From: a virus
Taxonomy: Duplodnaviria > Caudoviricetes
Reading direction: 5' to 3' (one strand)
DNA: 64,000 bases
Virus record (IMG/VR): IMGVR_UViG_3300010167_000010
Coordinates: 64,001-128,000 of that record
Shown in pieces: positions 1 through 9,477 of this stretch. The notes beneath the pieces are model-generated. The model searched no databases and was not told where the DNA came from. It saw only the letters and a program-made list of their open reading frames with translations. Made by a program: the position numbers and the translations under genes. Position 1 is the stretch's first letter. Each line of letters begins with the position of its first letter.

Positions 1-1
1 G

Positions 2-259
2 ATAGTCATTTATCCTACAAAATCCTTAAAATCTGAATGGGTTGAAAGAGCAAAATCTCGTGGAGGTATTTCAGAATTTCCATTATTATTAGAAGAAAAA
101 TGGAATAAATGGATTGATACTTGTATGAATTGGTATGGAAAAAAATATGTTTTAGAAAGTGGTCAATATCTTACAGATATAATTAAACAATTATATGGAG
201 TAAAAGTTAATTTAAATTCAATGCCAGGAGAACGGGCATCAAAATTTGGATATGCTTAA
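2..259 (+). CDS. 5'-truncated phage protein (C-terminal part)
   Basis: Open frame from the window edge, IVIYPTKSLKSEWVERAKSRG...KFGYA, ending TAA at 257-259; not in the ORF track. Confidence 0.6.
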   Translation: MVIYPTKSLKSEWVERAKSRGGISEFPLLLEEKWNKWIDTCMNWYGKKYVLESGQYLTDIIKQLYGVKVNLNSMPGERASKFGYA

Positions 260-269
260 AAGGAAGTTT

Positions 270-512
270 ATGAAAAGATTATTATTTTTATTATTCGTAT
301 TTACGATAGGATCAATTATATTGATATCGTGTTTTGTTAGAATTGGAACAGGACCTAATTCTATGGGAGAAGCAGTTATAGTAAATTCAGAAGGTTTTCC
401 AATTGGTACGACTAGAGCATATTATACAGATAATTTACGAGGAAGAATGGGGACTTATGTTTTAGTTGAGAAAATGCCAGATGGTACTTTTATTCTTTGG
501 CAGCCTGAATAA
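270..512 (+). CDS. small putative lipoprotein
   Basis: ATG at 270 after AGGA; MKRLLFLLFVFTIGSIILIS-C signal peptide with a LISC lipobox. Confidence 0.6.
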   Translation: MKRLLFLLFVFTIGSIILISCFVRIGTGPNSMGEAVIVNSEGFPIGTTRAYYTDNLRGRMGTYVLVEKMPDGTFILWQPE

Positions 513-516
513 TATT

Positions 517-1260
517 ATGTTTAATGCTAAAAAAATAAAACAAGAATTAATTCAATGGATCAAAAATTGGTTTGAACAAAACGGGCCACATAGTCCTGCT
601 ATAATTGGAATATCTGGTGGAAAAGACAGTGCAATAGTTGCTGCACTTTGTGTAGAAGCTTTAGGAAAAGGACGAGTAATTGGAATATCTTTACCTCAAG
701 ATTGTCATGAAGGAGAATCCACTGAAGACCCAGATGTTCAAAAGTTAGTGAAACATTTAGGAATATCTTGTTTTACTTATGATATTGGTGGAATATGTGG
801 AAGTATTTTAGGTAATATTGGTGAAACATTTTATAAAGTGGCTAATTCACAAACGGTAGAAAATATCCCTCCAAGAGTACGAATGACTTATCTTTATGCA
901 CTTGCATCTATGTGTGATGGGCGTGTTGCTAATTGTAGTAATTTATCTGAAGACGTAGTTGGCTATACTACAAAATGGGGAAGTAATACTGGAGATTTTG
1001 CACCTATAGCAGATTTAACTGTAACAGAAATTAAACTGATTGGAAAAGAATTACGATTACCTCGTAAAATTGTAGAAAAAATTCCACATGATGGTTTACA
1101 AAGTTTAAGTGATGAAGAAAGATTGGGAATTACTTATAAAGAAATTGACAAATGGTGTAGACATTTATGTAATGATGAAAAAATTGATAAAAAAATTGTA
1201 GAATTAAAAAAGAAAAACGCTCATAAATTTAAATCAATTCCAAGATACAATTTTAGTTAA
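517..1260 (+). CDS. nadE: NH3-dependent NAD+ synthetase
   Basis: PP-loop GISGGKDS, NIPPRVRM, SNLSE..VGYTTKWG, GDFAPI, DEERLGITY; start moved to ATG 517 (MFNAKK). Confidence 0.9.
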   Translation: MFNAKKIKQELIQWIKNWFEQNGPHSPAIIGISGGKDSAIVAALCVEALGKGRVIGISLPQDCHEGESTEDPDVQKLVKHLGISCFTYDIGGICGSILGNIGETFYKVANSQTVENIPPRVRMTYLYALASMCDGRVANCSNLSEDVVGYTTKWGSNTGDFAPIADLTVTEIKLIGKELRLPRKIVEKIPHDGLQSLSDEERLGITYKEIDKWCRHLCNDEKIDKKIVELKKKNAHKFKSIPRYNFS

Positions 1261-1264
1261 TATA
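1255..1264 (+). promoter_or_regulatory. class A promoter-like motif AGTTAATHTA
   Basis: AGTTAATATA upstream of SD GGAG and ATG 1282; motif recurs before at least 10 other starts. Confidence 0.6.
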
Positions 1265-1281
1265 TGTAATATGGAGATAAT

Positions 1282-1674
1282 ATGACTCAAAAACAATATG
1301 TACCAATAGAAAGTGAAGATTATATTACTGGATTAAAAGAAGATGAAAGTATTTTTACTGTAGAATTTATACAAGAAGAAACAGGAGGACCTATGTTCTC
1401 CAATAAAGAATTTATATTTAAGAAATTTTTGAATAACGATTTTCATATTGAAGGATTACAAAAAACAGAAAATTCTATTCTAGCAGAAATAAGAGATATT
1501 AAATTTCCTGATACACCAATTAGAACAGATATAAGTAGAGGATTTTTTAGAACAAAAGCTGATGCAGCTTATGAATTTACTAAAATGTTAAGAGTTTTAT
1601 ATGAAGCATCATTAAAAGAATTTCATGAAAAGTTTGGTCAATACGAAGAAGCTTTAGGTATTAAACGTAGTTAA
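1282..1674 (+). CDS. hypothetical protein
   Basis: 130-aa ORF with GGAG SD. Confidence 0.75.
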   Translation: MTQKQYVPIESEDYITGLKEDESIFTVEFIQEETGGPMFSNKEFIFKKFLNNDFHIEGLQKTENSILAEIRDIKFPDTPIRTDISRGFFRTKADAAYEFTKMLRVLYEASLKEFHEKFGQYEEALGIKRS

Positions 1675-1678
1675 TCTA
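1669..1678 (+). promoter_or_regulatory. class A promoter-like motif
   Basis: AGTTAATCTA 6 nt before ATG 1685, no SD. Confidence 0.55.
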
Positions 1679-1684
1679 ATATAA

Positions 1685-2812
1685 ATGAATTATCAATACT
1701 TTGAGCTTTTAAAAAATAAATCTATTCACACAAAATGGAAAGCTTTAGATAGGGGCCAACACTTATCTTTTTTAAATGATAATTGTAATAAATATTATGC
1801 TCCCCTATTTTGTCATTTATTTGGTTCAAACATTAAAAAAATAATTCCTTCACACGTAAAAACTATTAAAGGAAATAAAACTATTTATGAAAATTATGTT
1901 TATGGTCATTTAATAGTAGGAAATAATCCAATAAGATTATCGACAAATTTAGATTTAAAAAATAATTCTATACAATTCCCAATAGAAGAATATTCTTATT
2001 TTAGCTATGGAAAATACTTATTTTTTACTTGCGGCGATTTATATTTAATAGTAAGTTGTAGTAAATTACAAGATTGTATAGAAAGTAAAACTATAATGAT
2101 AGAAAAGACAGCATTAAAAAATTATGAAATTTCTATTATAGATTTATTTAATAATAATATTATAGAAAATTTTGGTCTTTTAGATATAAATAATTTATCA
2201 GTAGAAAAAGACGATGGAACTTCTGCAGTTTTATCTAATACATTATCACAAACTTTCTTAAATACTAAATTAAGAGGTTGTTTAATTGGTCAAAAACCAA
2301 AATATATAGTAGCTAGAATAGAAAATTCTAATAGTGATTTATTTTTTGAATTATTCTTTTTTATGAATAGAAAAGATATTCGTAAAATGATATTTCGTAA
2401 TACAATTAAAAATATAAAAACCGATCAAGGTATTGGTTTAATTATTAAATATCATACTAATAATATTTTATCTGAAATACAAGAAATTAGACAGTCTAGT
2501 TTAATTAAAACTGGGAAAAACTTTTCTTATGCAATATTAAATTATAATAAAGTAAATAATATACATAAAATTAAACAATATTGTCAAAAATATTTACTTG
2601 CTAAACCGCCTGAAAAAGAATATTGTTTACATTGGGCTGTCAAAAAATCTATATATTGTAATAGCAAAGAAGAATACAACTATTATAAACAATTATTTAT
2701 TAGTTGTAATGGAAAGAAAAATAAATATACAGAAGAAGATATATACTTTTTTAAAGATTGTTTTAGTTATAAAAAATATATTTCTAAAAGTTCTGATCAC
2801 TTTTACAAATGA
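1685..2812 (+). CDS. hypothetical protein (very AT-rich, basic)
   Basis: 375-aa ORF; stop overlaps the next start (ATGA). Confidence 0.7.
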   Translation: MNYQYFELLKNKSIHTKWKALDRGQHLSFLNDNCNKYYAPLFCHLFGSNIKKIIPSHVKTIKGNKTIYENYVYGHLIVGNNPIRLSTNLDLKNNSIQFPIEEYSYFSYGKYLFFTCGDLYLIVSCSKLQDCIESKTIMIEKTALKNYEISIIDLFNNNIIENFGLLDINNLSVEKDDGTSAVLSNTLSQTFLNTKLRGCLIGQKPKYIVARIENSNSDLFFELFFFMNRKDIRKMIFRNTIKNIKTDQGIGLIIKYHTNNILSEIQEIRQSSLIKTGKNFSYAILNYNKVNNIHKIKQYCQKYLLAKPPEKEYCLHWAVKKSIYCNSKEEYNYYKQLFISCNGKKNKYTEEDIYFFKDCFSYKKYISKSSDHFYK

Positions 2813-4656
2813 TAAAATTAGCGTATGAATATGAACAACTTTTAATTCAAGCCTCAGGTAATAACTTTATGGAACAAGTTGAGTCTATTAAAGGAATGGG
2901 TGCTAGATATGATTCTAAAAGAAAAATATGGACAATTGGAATAGGTAAATATAATAAAATATTAGAAGAATTGAATCAATATAAATTTGATATTTCAGTT
3001 TATGATCAACAAGAAATAGATAAATATTTTAATAATTTATTAGAATTAGATATAGTAAATAAAAGATCAAATATGAGAAAATTTAATTCTAATCTTTTAT
3101 TAATGCCGCCGTTAAAAGAATTTCAATTAACTGATATAACTATTGCATTAAATAGAAATAGATATTTATTTTCTCATGCAACTGGTTTAGGAAAAAGCTA
3201 TTGTTTAGCAGCATTATTAGTTCATTTACGACATTATAATGAAATAAATAAAGCAATAATTTTAACGTCTTCAATTGGAATATTAAATTTAGCAAATGAA
3301 TTAAAAAAGTTTATTCCAAATTATGATGAATCTAAAACTTTAATCATTAGGTCTGTTACTGAATTAAAAGATAGATTAATTTTTAAAGATGATTATGATA
3401 TAATTATATGTCAATATGATACGTTTCGTTCTATTGGAGACGCATACGATAAAAATGTTAACAATCGAAAAAAGAAAGTTAAATATAGAAAAAGCTCATT
3501 ACCACTAGGAGAATGGTTTGGTAATTTTAATGGTGCATTATTTTTAGATGAATGTCATTTATTAGGTAGCCCAGATAGTTTAAGATCTAAATTTATAAAT
3601 ATGAATTTACAGTATTTTAAATATCGTTTTCTTTTTAGCGCAACACCTTGTGATAAAGAAGAAAAAATGTATATGATATTAAAAATACTAGATAAAAAAC
3701 TTGTTAATGGAGAAGATTATTTAGGTTGGTGTGAACAGTTTTGTGTTATAGGAAATAGATGGTCTCGCTTTGGAATAAATAAAGAAACTTGGAATTATCA
3801 AAAATGGGCAGAATTACAAGAAGAACTTTATAAGCAATACGCAGTAAAACGAGAAAAAAGTTTATTACAATTAAAACCAGCATATGATGTTCCTATCATT
3901 TCTTTAAATATGACTAAAGAACATAGAGAAATATATGAAGCATTTACTTATGAAGTTATAAATGATATTAAAAATAGAAATTCTATAAATGGCGCTGGAC
4001 TTGTCGCTAATTTAAGTAATATGTTTTCTTATTTGCAATTAGCTGTCGATAATCCACTTTGTCTTTTAACTACTCCTGGATTTTCTAAGTTTGATCCAAA
4101 ATTACAACAAAAAATACAAAATTTTAATTTTGAAAAACAGTTTAGAAAATTAGACGCACTAGATGCTATTATTGAAGAAGAATGTGTAGAAAAAGATAAT
4201 AAAATAATTATATCTTATCATCATCCAAAAACTTTAGAATGTTTAAAAGATCATCTTAAAAAAGGTTTTCATGTTTTATCTGCTGATGTTCCAATGGCTG
4301 ATAGATTCCAAGTAATAGAGAATTTTAAAAAGAGCAATGAAAAAATAATTTTAGTATCTATAAATATTGGTAATACTTCATTCACTTTAGTAGAATGTAA
4401 AGCAACTGTTTTCTTTGAACGAACTTGGACTTATATAATTTATGAACAACTTCGCGGCCGAAATTATAGAATTGGTCAAGAGGATGAGGTAAGATATTAT
4501 AATATGGTCTTTAATAATAGTATAGATAATTTACAACTTAAAGCATTAGAAACTAAAGGAAAAGTTTTAGATAATTTAATAAAAAAGAATGTTTTATCTC
4601 AAGATGAGTGGAAATATATTTTTAATGCTGACCAACATATAGATAAGTTAATATAA
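2809..4656 (+). CDS. SNF2-like SF2 helicase
   Basis: Walker A HATGLGKS, DECH, SAT, motif VI QLRGRNYRIGQ. Confidence 0.9.
   Translation: MIKLAYEYEQLLIQASGNNFMEQVESIKGMGARYDSKRKIWTIGIGKYNKILEELNQYKFDISVYDQQEIDKYFNNLLELDIVNKRSNMRKFNSNLLLMPPLKEFQLTDITIALNRNRYLFSHATGLGKSYCLAALLVHLRHYNEINKAIILTSSIGILNLANELKKFIPNYDESKTLIIRSVTELKDRLIFKDDYDIIICQYDTFRSIGDAYDKNVNNRKKKVKYRKSSLPLGEWFGNFNGALFLDECHLLGSPDSLRSKFINMNLQYFKYRFLFSATPCDKEEKMYMILKILDKKLVNGEDYLGWCEQFCVIGNRWSRFGINKETWNYQKWAELQEELYKQYAVKREKSLLQLKPAYDVPIISLNMTKEHREIYEAFTYEVINDIKNRNSINGAGLVANLSNMFSYLQLAVDNPLCLLTTPGFSKFDPKLQQKIQNFNFEKQFRKLDALDAIIEEECVEKDNKIIISYHHPKTLECLKDHLKKGFHVLSADVPMADRFQVIENFKKSNEKIILVSINIGNTSFTLVECKATVFFERTWTYIIYEQLRGRNYRIGQEDEVRYYNMVFNNSIDNLQLKALETKGKVLDNLIKKNVLSQDEWKYIFNADQHIDKLI
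4646..4655 (+). promoter_or_regulatory. class A promoter-like motif
   Basis: AGTTAATATA 7 nt before ATG 4663, no SD. Confidence 0.55.
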
Positions 4657-4662
4657 AATTAT

Positions 4663-5079
4663 ATGAATATAACAACATTACTTATAATTATAGCTGTTGT
4701 CAATACGTTGAATTTAATTGTTACAATATTTAATTCTATTCAAAGTAAAAAAAGATCAGCTGGAAAGGCACCAAATTTATTTGAAGATCAAACTGTAGAT
4801 CCTTTAATCACAGATTTAATGGAGTATGCATTTGATAAGGGATTACAATGTTCTATTAGACCTGGGTTAGATAACAAGTTAACATTGTATTATCATGATG
4901 AAAAAGATAATAATGAATATGCTATTACAGAATTACATACTACATCATCTAAAAAAGGTTCTTATTCTTATAATCAAATATTAAAAGAACTAACAACTAT
5001 AGTAGATGTTTTTTTAGAAAATAAAGATATAGTAAAAGAAAAAATTAAGGAAGATAAAAATGCCCCTACAGATAAATAA
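4663..5079 (+). CDS. hypothetical protein with N-terminal membrane anchor
   Basis: Hydrophobic residues 3-24. Confidence 0.7.
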   Translation: MNITTLLIIIAVVNTLNLIVTIFNSIQSKKRSAGKAPNLFEDQTVDPLITDLMEYAFDKGLQCSIRPGLDNKLTLYYHDEKDNNEYAITELHTTSSKKGSYSYNQILKELTTIVDVFLENKDIVKEKIKEDKNAPTDK

Positions 5080-5731
5080 TTTAGAATACGGTTTAATTCC
5101 ATTTGGACCTGGGTATGGTGAAAGAGGAATAATTATAGATATTGGTGAAATAAGTGATATAACTGAAGAATCAACATTAACTACTTTATTTGAAAAATTA
5201 AAAATTAAAATAAAAGAATTAGATTTAGAAAAACAATGGCTTACTGCAATTGATGGAACTAACTCTACATTTTTATTATTTAAAGGTAATAATGGAATTG
5301 AAAAAGAAGAGAATCAACCTGAGTGGGATAATTTTAATCGCCAATTATCTAAAGAATCAGTACAAATACAAATGACTTTAAAATTGAGGCCTGATCAATT
5401 AAAACCACCATTTTGTATCTGGTTTGGAAAACCAGAAAACTTTACTGGTAATAGATTATTTTATGAATATTTTAATTGTATTTATGGTATTATTGAAAAT
5501 AATTTTAATCCATTAGCTACTCAAGAAATAGTTAATCATAAATTTTCTGCTATAACTTTAATTGCAAATGAAAATTATAAATCTATAGTAGATGACCTTA
5601 ATTTAAAATATAAATTAAATAGAAAACTTTATATTATTGGAAAAAGCGAAGAACTTCAAGAGTATTGTATGATTAAAGGATATAGATATAATTATACTCT
5701 TGAAAATAAAACTTTTTTGAAGTTAATCTAA
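5060..5731 (+). CDS. hypothetical protein
   Basis: 223-aa ORF with AAGGA SD; N-terminus loosely resembles QueE but lacks CxxxCxxC. Confidence 0.7.
   Translation: MPLQINNLEYGLIPFGPGYGERGIIIDIGEISDITEESTLTTLFEKLKIKIKELDLEKQWLTAIDGTNSTFLLFKGNNGIEKEENQPEWDNFNRQLSKESVQIQMTLKLRPDQLKPPFCIWFGKPENFTGNRLFYEYFNCIYGIIENNFNPLATQEIVNHKFSAITLIANENYKSIVDDLNLKYKLNRKLYIIGKSEELQEYCMIKGYRYNYTLENKTFLKLI
5721..5730 (+). promoter_or_regulatory. class A promoter-like motif
   Basis: AGTTAATCTA then AGGAG and ATG 5753; heads the kinase-hydroxymethylase pair. Confidence 0.55.
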
Positions 5732-5752
5732 AAATATAGGAGATTAAAAAAA

Positions 5753-6292
5753 ATGGTATATATTTTTGAAGGTGTTGATAACGTCGGAAAGGGGACACAA
5801 ATTCAAAAATTAAAAAGACATCTTGAAGAAAAGGGAGAATTAGTTCATATACTACATTACTCAAATATTAAGGGTGATAATATTGAAGAAAGATCTAAAC
5901 AGTATTATTATGAAATGTTTAATTTAATAAAGTTTGCAACATTTAATAAAATAAATTTAATATTAGATAGAGCACATGGGGGTGAAACAGTATATTCACC
6001 TATATATCGTAATTATTCTGGTGATTATATTTATGATATTGAACAAAATTTTGGAAACCGAATATTACAAAATATAACTTTATTTGTATTTACAGACGAT
6101 CCAGAAAATTTAATTGATAGAGAAGATGGTCAATCTTTTTCTACAGAATTTGAAAAGAAAAGAGATGAAATTGTTAAGTTTATAGATTTCTTTGAAAAAT
6201 CTAAAATAAAAAATAAAGCTTTAATAAATATTCAAGATATGGATATTGAACAAGTTTTTAATAAAATGAAAGAATTTATAGAGGCGAAATGA
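5753..6292 (+). CDS. dNMP kinase (thymidylate-kinase fold), candidate modified-dCMP kinase
   Basis: P-loop FEGVDNVGKGTQ, DRAH..ETVY; ATGA overlap with the hydroxymethylase. Confidence 0.8.
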   Translation: MVYIFEGVDNVGKGTQIQKLKRHLEEKGELVHILHYSNIKGDNIEERSKQYYYEMFNLIKFATFNKINLILDRAHGGETVYSPIYRNYSGDYIYDIEQNFGNRILQNITLFVFTDDPENLIDREDGQSFSTEFEKKRDEIVKFIDFFEKSKIKNKALINIQDMDIEQVFNKMKEFIEAK

Positions 6293-7125
6293 GTTATAGT
6301 GTAAATGCAAGAAACTTTATTGAAGTTATTCTTGACCCCCTTTATAGGGAATTAAAAAATAATAATATAGTTAATGGGACTGTAGAAATTATTGATGCTC
6401 ATGTATTTTTTATGGCTAATGATGAGACAGCTATGGAATTAGGAACACATCGTAAAGCACAGCATAAATATATTGAGAATGAAAAAAAATGGTATTTAAG
6501 TATGGATAGATGTATTAAAGGACATCCTGGAATTGAAGATAATCAGATATGGAGTAAAATTTGTTCTGATGATGGTATAGTAAATTCGAATTATGGGTGG
6601 TGTGTATTTTCTGCAGATAATGGAACTTTAAGCAAAGGAAGTATTTATACTAATGCAGAATATGGTGGAGAACATATGTCTCAATATGATTTCGCATTAC
6701 AACAATTAAGATTAAGTCCAGAAGGAAGACAATCTATAATTTATTATTCTCGACCAGAAATGCAATGGGAATGGAATGACAATATAAATGCTAAATATGA
6801 TTTTACATGTACTATAAATACACAACATTTTATTCGTAATGGAAAATTAGATTATATTGTCAACATGAGATCTAATGATGCAATTAGAGGATTACATTGC
6901 GGAGATTTACCGTGGCATGGATATGTTTATAATAAAATGTTAGAAGATATAAATAAACATAGAGATATAAATAGTTATATTAAATCTGGTAAAATATTTT
7001 GGAATGCTGGTAGTCTTCATGTTTATAAAAGAGATTTTGAATTACTAACAAAAATAGTAGAAGAATATAGAGAATGGTATAAAGATAATCTTGGACCGAA
7101 AACTTTTCCTTTCGTAGGTGGATAA
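6289..7125 (+). CDS. dCMP hydroxymethylase-like protein (thymidylate synthase family, T4 gp42-like)
   Basis: NSNYGW, catalytic DFTCT, MRSND...GD-LPW (Asp rather than the TS Asn, so cytosine-type), WNAGSLHVY, colinear with T4 gp42. Confidence 0.85.
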   Translation: MSYSVNARNFIEVILDPLYRELKNNNIVNGTVEIIDAHVFFMANDETAMELGTHRKAQHKYIENEKKWYLSMDRCIKGHPGIEDNQIWSKICSDDGIVNSNYGWCVFSADNGTLSKGSIYTNAEYGGEHMSQYDFALQQLRLSPEGRQSIIYYSRPEMQWEWNDNINAKYDFTCTINTQHFIRNGKLDYIVNMRSNDAIRGLHCGDLPWHGYVYNKMLEDINKHRDINSYIKSGKIFWNAGSLHVYKRDFELLTKIVEEYREWYKDNLGPKTFPFVGG

Positions 7126-7155
7126 TTATTGGAAGAGGATATAATCAAATAAAAA

Positions 7156-7164
7156 TACTAATTA
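7156..7164 (+). promoter_or_regulatory. class B promoter-like motif WACTAAWTA
   Basis: TACTAATTA 2 nt before ATG 7167. Confidence 0.55.
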
Positions 7165-7166
7165 TT

Positions 7167-7838
7167 ATGAATTATAGAAAAAAATATATGAAAATAATTA
7201 GTAAAGCTAGAAAAGAAAGTAGAAGAAAAAATTGTGGAATTTATTATGAAGAACAACATATTTTACCACAAGCCATTTTTCCACTTTGGAAAAATCGTAA
7301 ATCAAATAAGATTCTTTTAACTGGAAGAGAACATTTTGAAGCACATAAATTATTAGCGAAAATTTATGGTGGTAAAATGATTAATGCTATTCATAGGATG
7401 GCGTTCGGATGTCATAAAAATAAATATAATATTACAGCTGAAGAATATGAAGAAATAAGAATTATTTGGGCACAAAGAGCACGGGAAATGAATACAGGAA
7501 AAAAACATTCTAATGAAGCAAAAATTAAATCTGGGAGATATTGGAAAGGAAGAAAAAGAAATATTGAATCTGTTAAAAAATCTGCTGATGCAAGAAGAGG
7601 TGTTTTAAGAACTGAACAACAAATTGTTAATATAAGTAAAGGGACTTCTGAAGGAATGAAAAAAGTTCCTTATGAAAAATTAGCTTATTGGAAAGGAAAA
7701 AGTTCTCCTGGAATGGCAAATATGACTGGAAAGTGTTGGTACAATAACGGTCAAATTGAAATAGCATCTTTTAATTGTCCAGATGGTTTTATAAAAGGAA
7801 GATTAAGTGGAAAAAAAAGAAAAACAAAAAAAACTTGA
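7167..7838 (+). mobile_element. free-standing HNH homing endonuclease with NUMOD-type repeats
   Basis: YYEEQHILP...N.I.LTGREHFEAH.LL HNH pattern, basic GKKHS/GRKRN repeats, C-terminal WYNNG..CPDGF.KGR. Confidence 0.8.
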
Positions 7839-8355
7839 TAAGTTTTTTTTAGAAACAGCGGTGAAAGCTGCGGAATTTTCTTCATGTATTCGATTAAAAG
7901 TAGGGGCTGTTATAACTAAGGATAATAGAATAATTTCTACTGGTTGGAATGGAGTCTCTTCAGGTGTTCCGCATTGTAATGAATTAAATAATGAATTAAG
8001 ATTAATTAATGATGATTCTTTATATCAAATAGAAGATAGAAAAAAACATCATATATTTTCTGAACAATTTGAAATTCATGCTGAAATGAATGCTATATTA
8101 GATATGGCAAAACGCGGATTATCACCCGAAGGAGCAACACTTTATACTACAATTGCTCCTTGTACAAATTGTGCGAAGCTCGTTATAGTTTCTGGTATTA
8201 AAAGAATAGTTTATTTAAAAGAATATGATAGAGATAATAATAAATTAGATATTGAGGGAAAAACTTTGAATGATGTCTTATATAATAATTTAAACGGACC
8301 ACAAATTATAAAAGTTTTATCACCTAATGTAATTATAGAAAAATTTGAGGAATAA
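7807..8355 (+). CDS. dCMP deaminase
   Basis: S.C.RLKVGAVI, GWNG, HAEMNAI, PCTNC zinc motifs. Confidence 0.92.
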   Translation: MEKKEKQKKLDKFFLETAVKAAEFSSCIRLKVGAVITKDNRIISTGWNGVSSGVPHCNELNNELRLINDDSLYQIEDRKKHHIFSEQFEIHAEMNAILDMAKRGLSPEGATLYTTIAPCTNCAKLVIVSGIKRIVYLKEYDRDNNKLDIEGKTLNDVLYNNLNGPQIIKVLSPNVIIEKFEE

Positions 8356-8358
8356 AAT

Positions 8359-8616
8359 ATGTTAGAACTTTGGTTATTCATGATAGTTTTAGTAAGTTTA
8401 TTTCATTTAATTTGTAATACACTTTGGAGAATAAAAGATCATCAAAATTGGAAGGCTACTAATTTATTTCATAATAGACTTATAAAAATACAAGAAGATT
8501 ATAATAGAATGCAACGAGATGCTCATAATACTGCAATGGCTAATCAACAAATTCAACACGAACATCTAATTAAAGCAATAGATGAAGGGAAAATTCAAGT
8601 AATAAATCCCAGTTAA
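8359..8616 (+). CDS. small membrane protein with coiled coil
   Basis: N-terminal hydrophobic helix; GAGG SD. Confidence 0.65.
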   Translation: MLELWLFMIVLVSLFHLICNTLWRIKDHQNWKATNLFHNRLIKIQEDYNRMQRDAHNTAMANQQIQHEHLIKAIDEGKIQVINPS

Positions 8617-8620
8617 TATA
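8611..8620 (+). promoter_or_regulatory. class A promoter-like motif
   Basis: AGTTAATATA then AAGGAG and ATG 8641. Confidence 0.55.
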
Positions 8621-8640
8621 AAAATCAAGGAGATATAAAT

Positions 8641-9285
8641 ATGTCACAAGTTCAAACTACGCCTAGCGAATTATTAGAAGAAGCATATGAAACATTAAAA
8701 GAAAAAAAGATGGCCTCTAAACATATGAACATGATAGCTTCAGATACGGCTAAAATGCAAAAAATAGAAAAACCTATTCTTGTTAGGGTAAAAGATTATT
8801 ATCATTATCGCGGGGCTGGTTGGGAAGGAAAAGATCCTCTTAGTAGAGTTCAAGATGAAAAATTTCCAGATAGAGTAACACCAACTATGAGAAAATTATT
8901 ACAAATTGTAGATGATTTGGCAGCAGTAGGTCAATTAGATATGCTAGATGTTTATTTTGATGCTCTAAAAGCTAAAGGAATTGAAATAACTGTTTCAAAT
9001 AAAGATGTAAGAGTAAGTGATGTTGATGAAACTTGGCAAGCAGTAGAAAATATGTCAGGATTTCAATCTAAAATATGTCAATTAGCTGATGAAATTAATT
9101 TTGGTTGTACACAAGTAGCAGAAGATATAAATTTTACACCTAAACAAGAATTTAAAGGTGTTCTTAATTTATACGCTAAAAAAGAAGAAGCTAAAGATGT
9201 AGATGATATGTATCAAGATAAAGTAACTGGTTTACAAATGACAGAAACGGCTTGGAATAATGTATACGACGAAAATCTAAATTAA
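8641..9285 (+). CDS. helical protein, possibly tandem T4 DsbA-like dsDNA-binding domains
   Basis: Strong SD; two halves each ending in a motif reminiscent of DsbA (IEKPILVRVKDYYHY / TPKQEFKGVLNLYAKK); function is inference. Confidence 0.45.
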   Translation: MSQVQTTPSELLEEAYETLKEKKMASKHMNMIASDTAKMQKIEKPILVRVKDYYHYRGAGWEGKDPLSRVQDEKFPDRVTPTMRKLLQIVDDLAAVGQLDMLDVYFDALKAKGIEITVSNKDVRVSDVDETWQAVENMSGFQSKICQLADEINFGCTQVAEDINFTPKQEFKGVLNLYAKKEEAKDVDDMYQDKVTGLQMTETAWNNVYDENLN

Positions 9286-9296
9286 GGATTATAAAA

Positions 9297-9464
9297 ATGG
9301 AAGTTAAACTTGCTTCTCATTTAGAACAATCTCTTTGGTTAAAATATTATGAAAAATTTTTAGAAAGAGAACCTAATCAATATAAAAATGCAGCTGCTTA
9401 TGCAGATAATATTGTTATTGAATTTAAATCTAGAAATAATTATATTGATCAATATGACGATTAA
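9297..9464 (+). CDS. small hypothetical protein (55 aa)
   Basis: MEVKLASHLEQ...QYDD* after AAGGA; below the ORF-track cutoff. Confidence 0.65.
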   Translation: MEVKLASHLEQSLWLKYYEKFLEREPNQYKNAAAYADNIVIEFKSRNNYIDQYDD

Positions 9465-9477
9465 AAGAGGAACAATA

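Noticed and set aside
6289-7125. Ordinary thymidylate synthase ThyA
   Set aside because: It lacks the PFN motif and aligns with gp42-specific NSNYGW, DFxCT and WNxGSLHVY.
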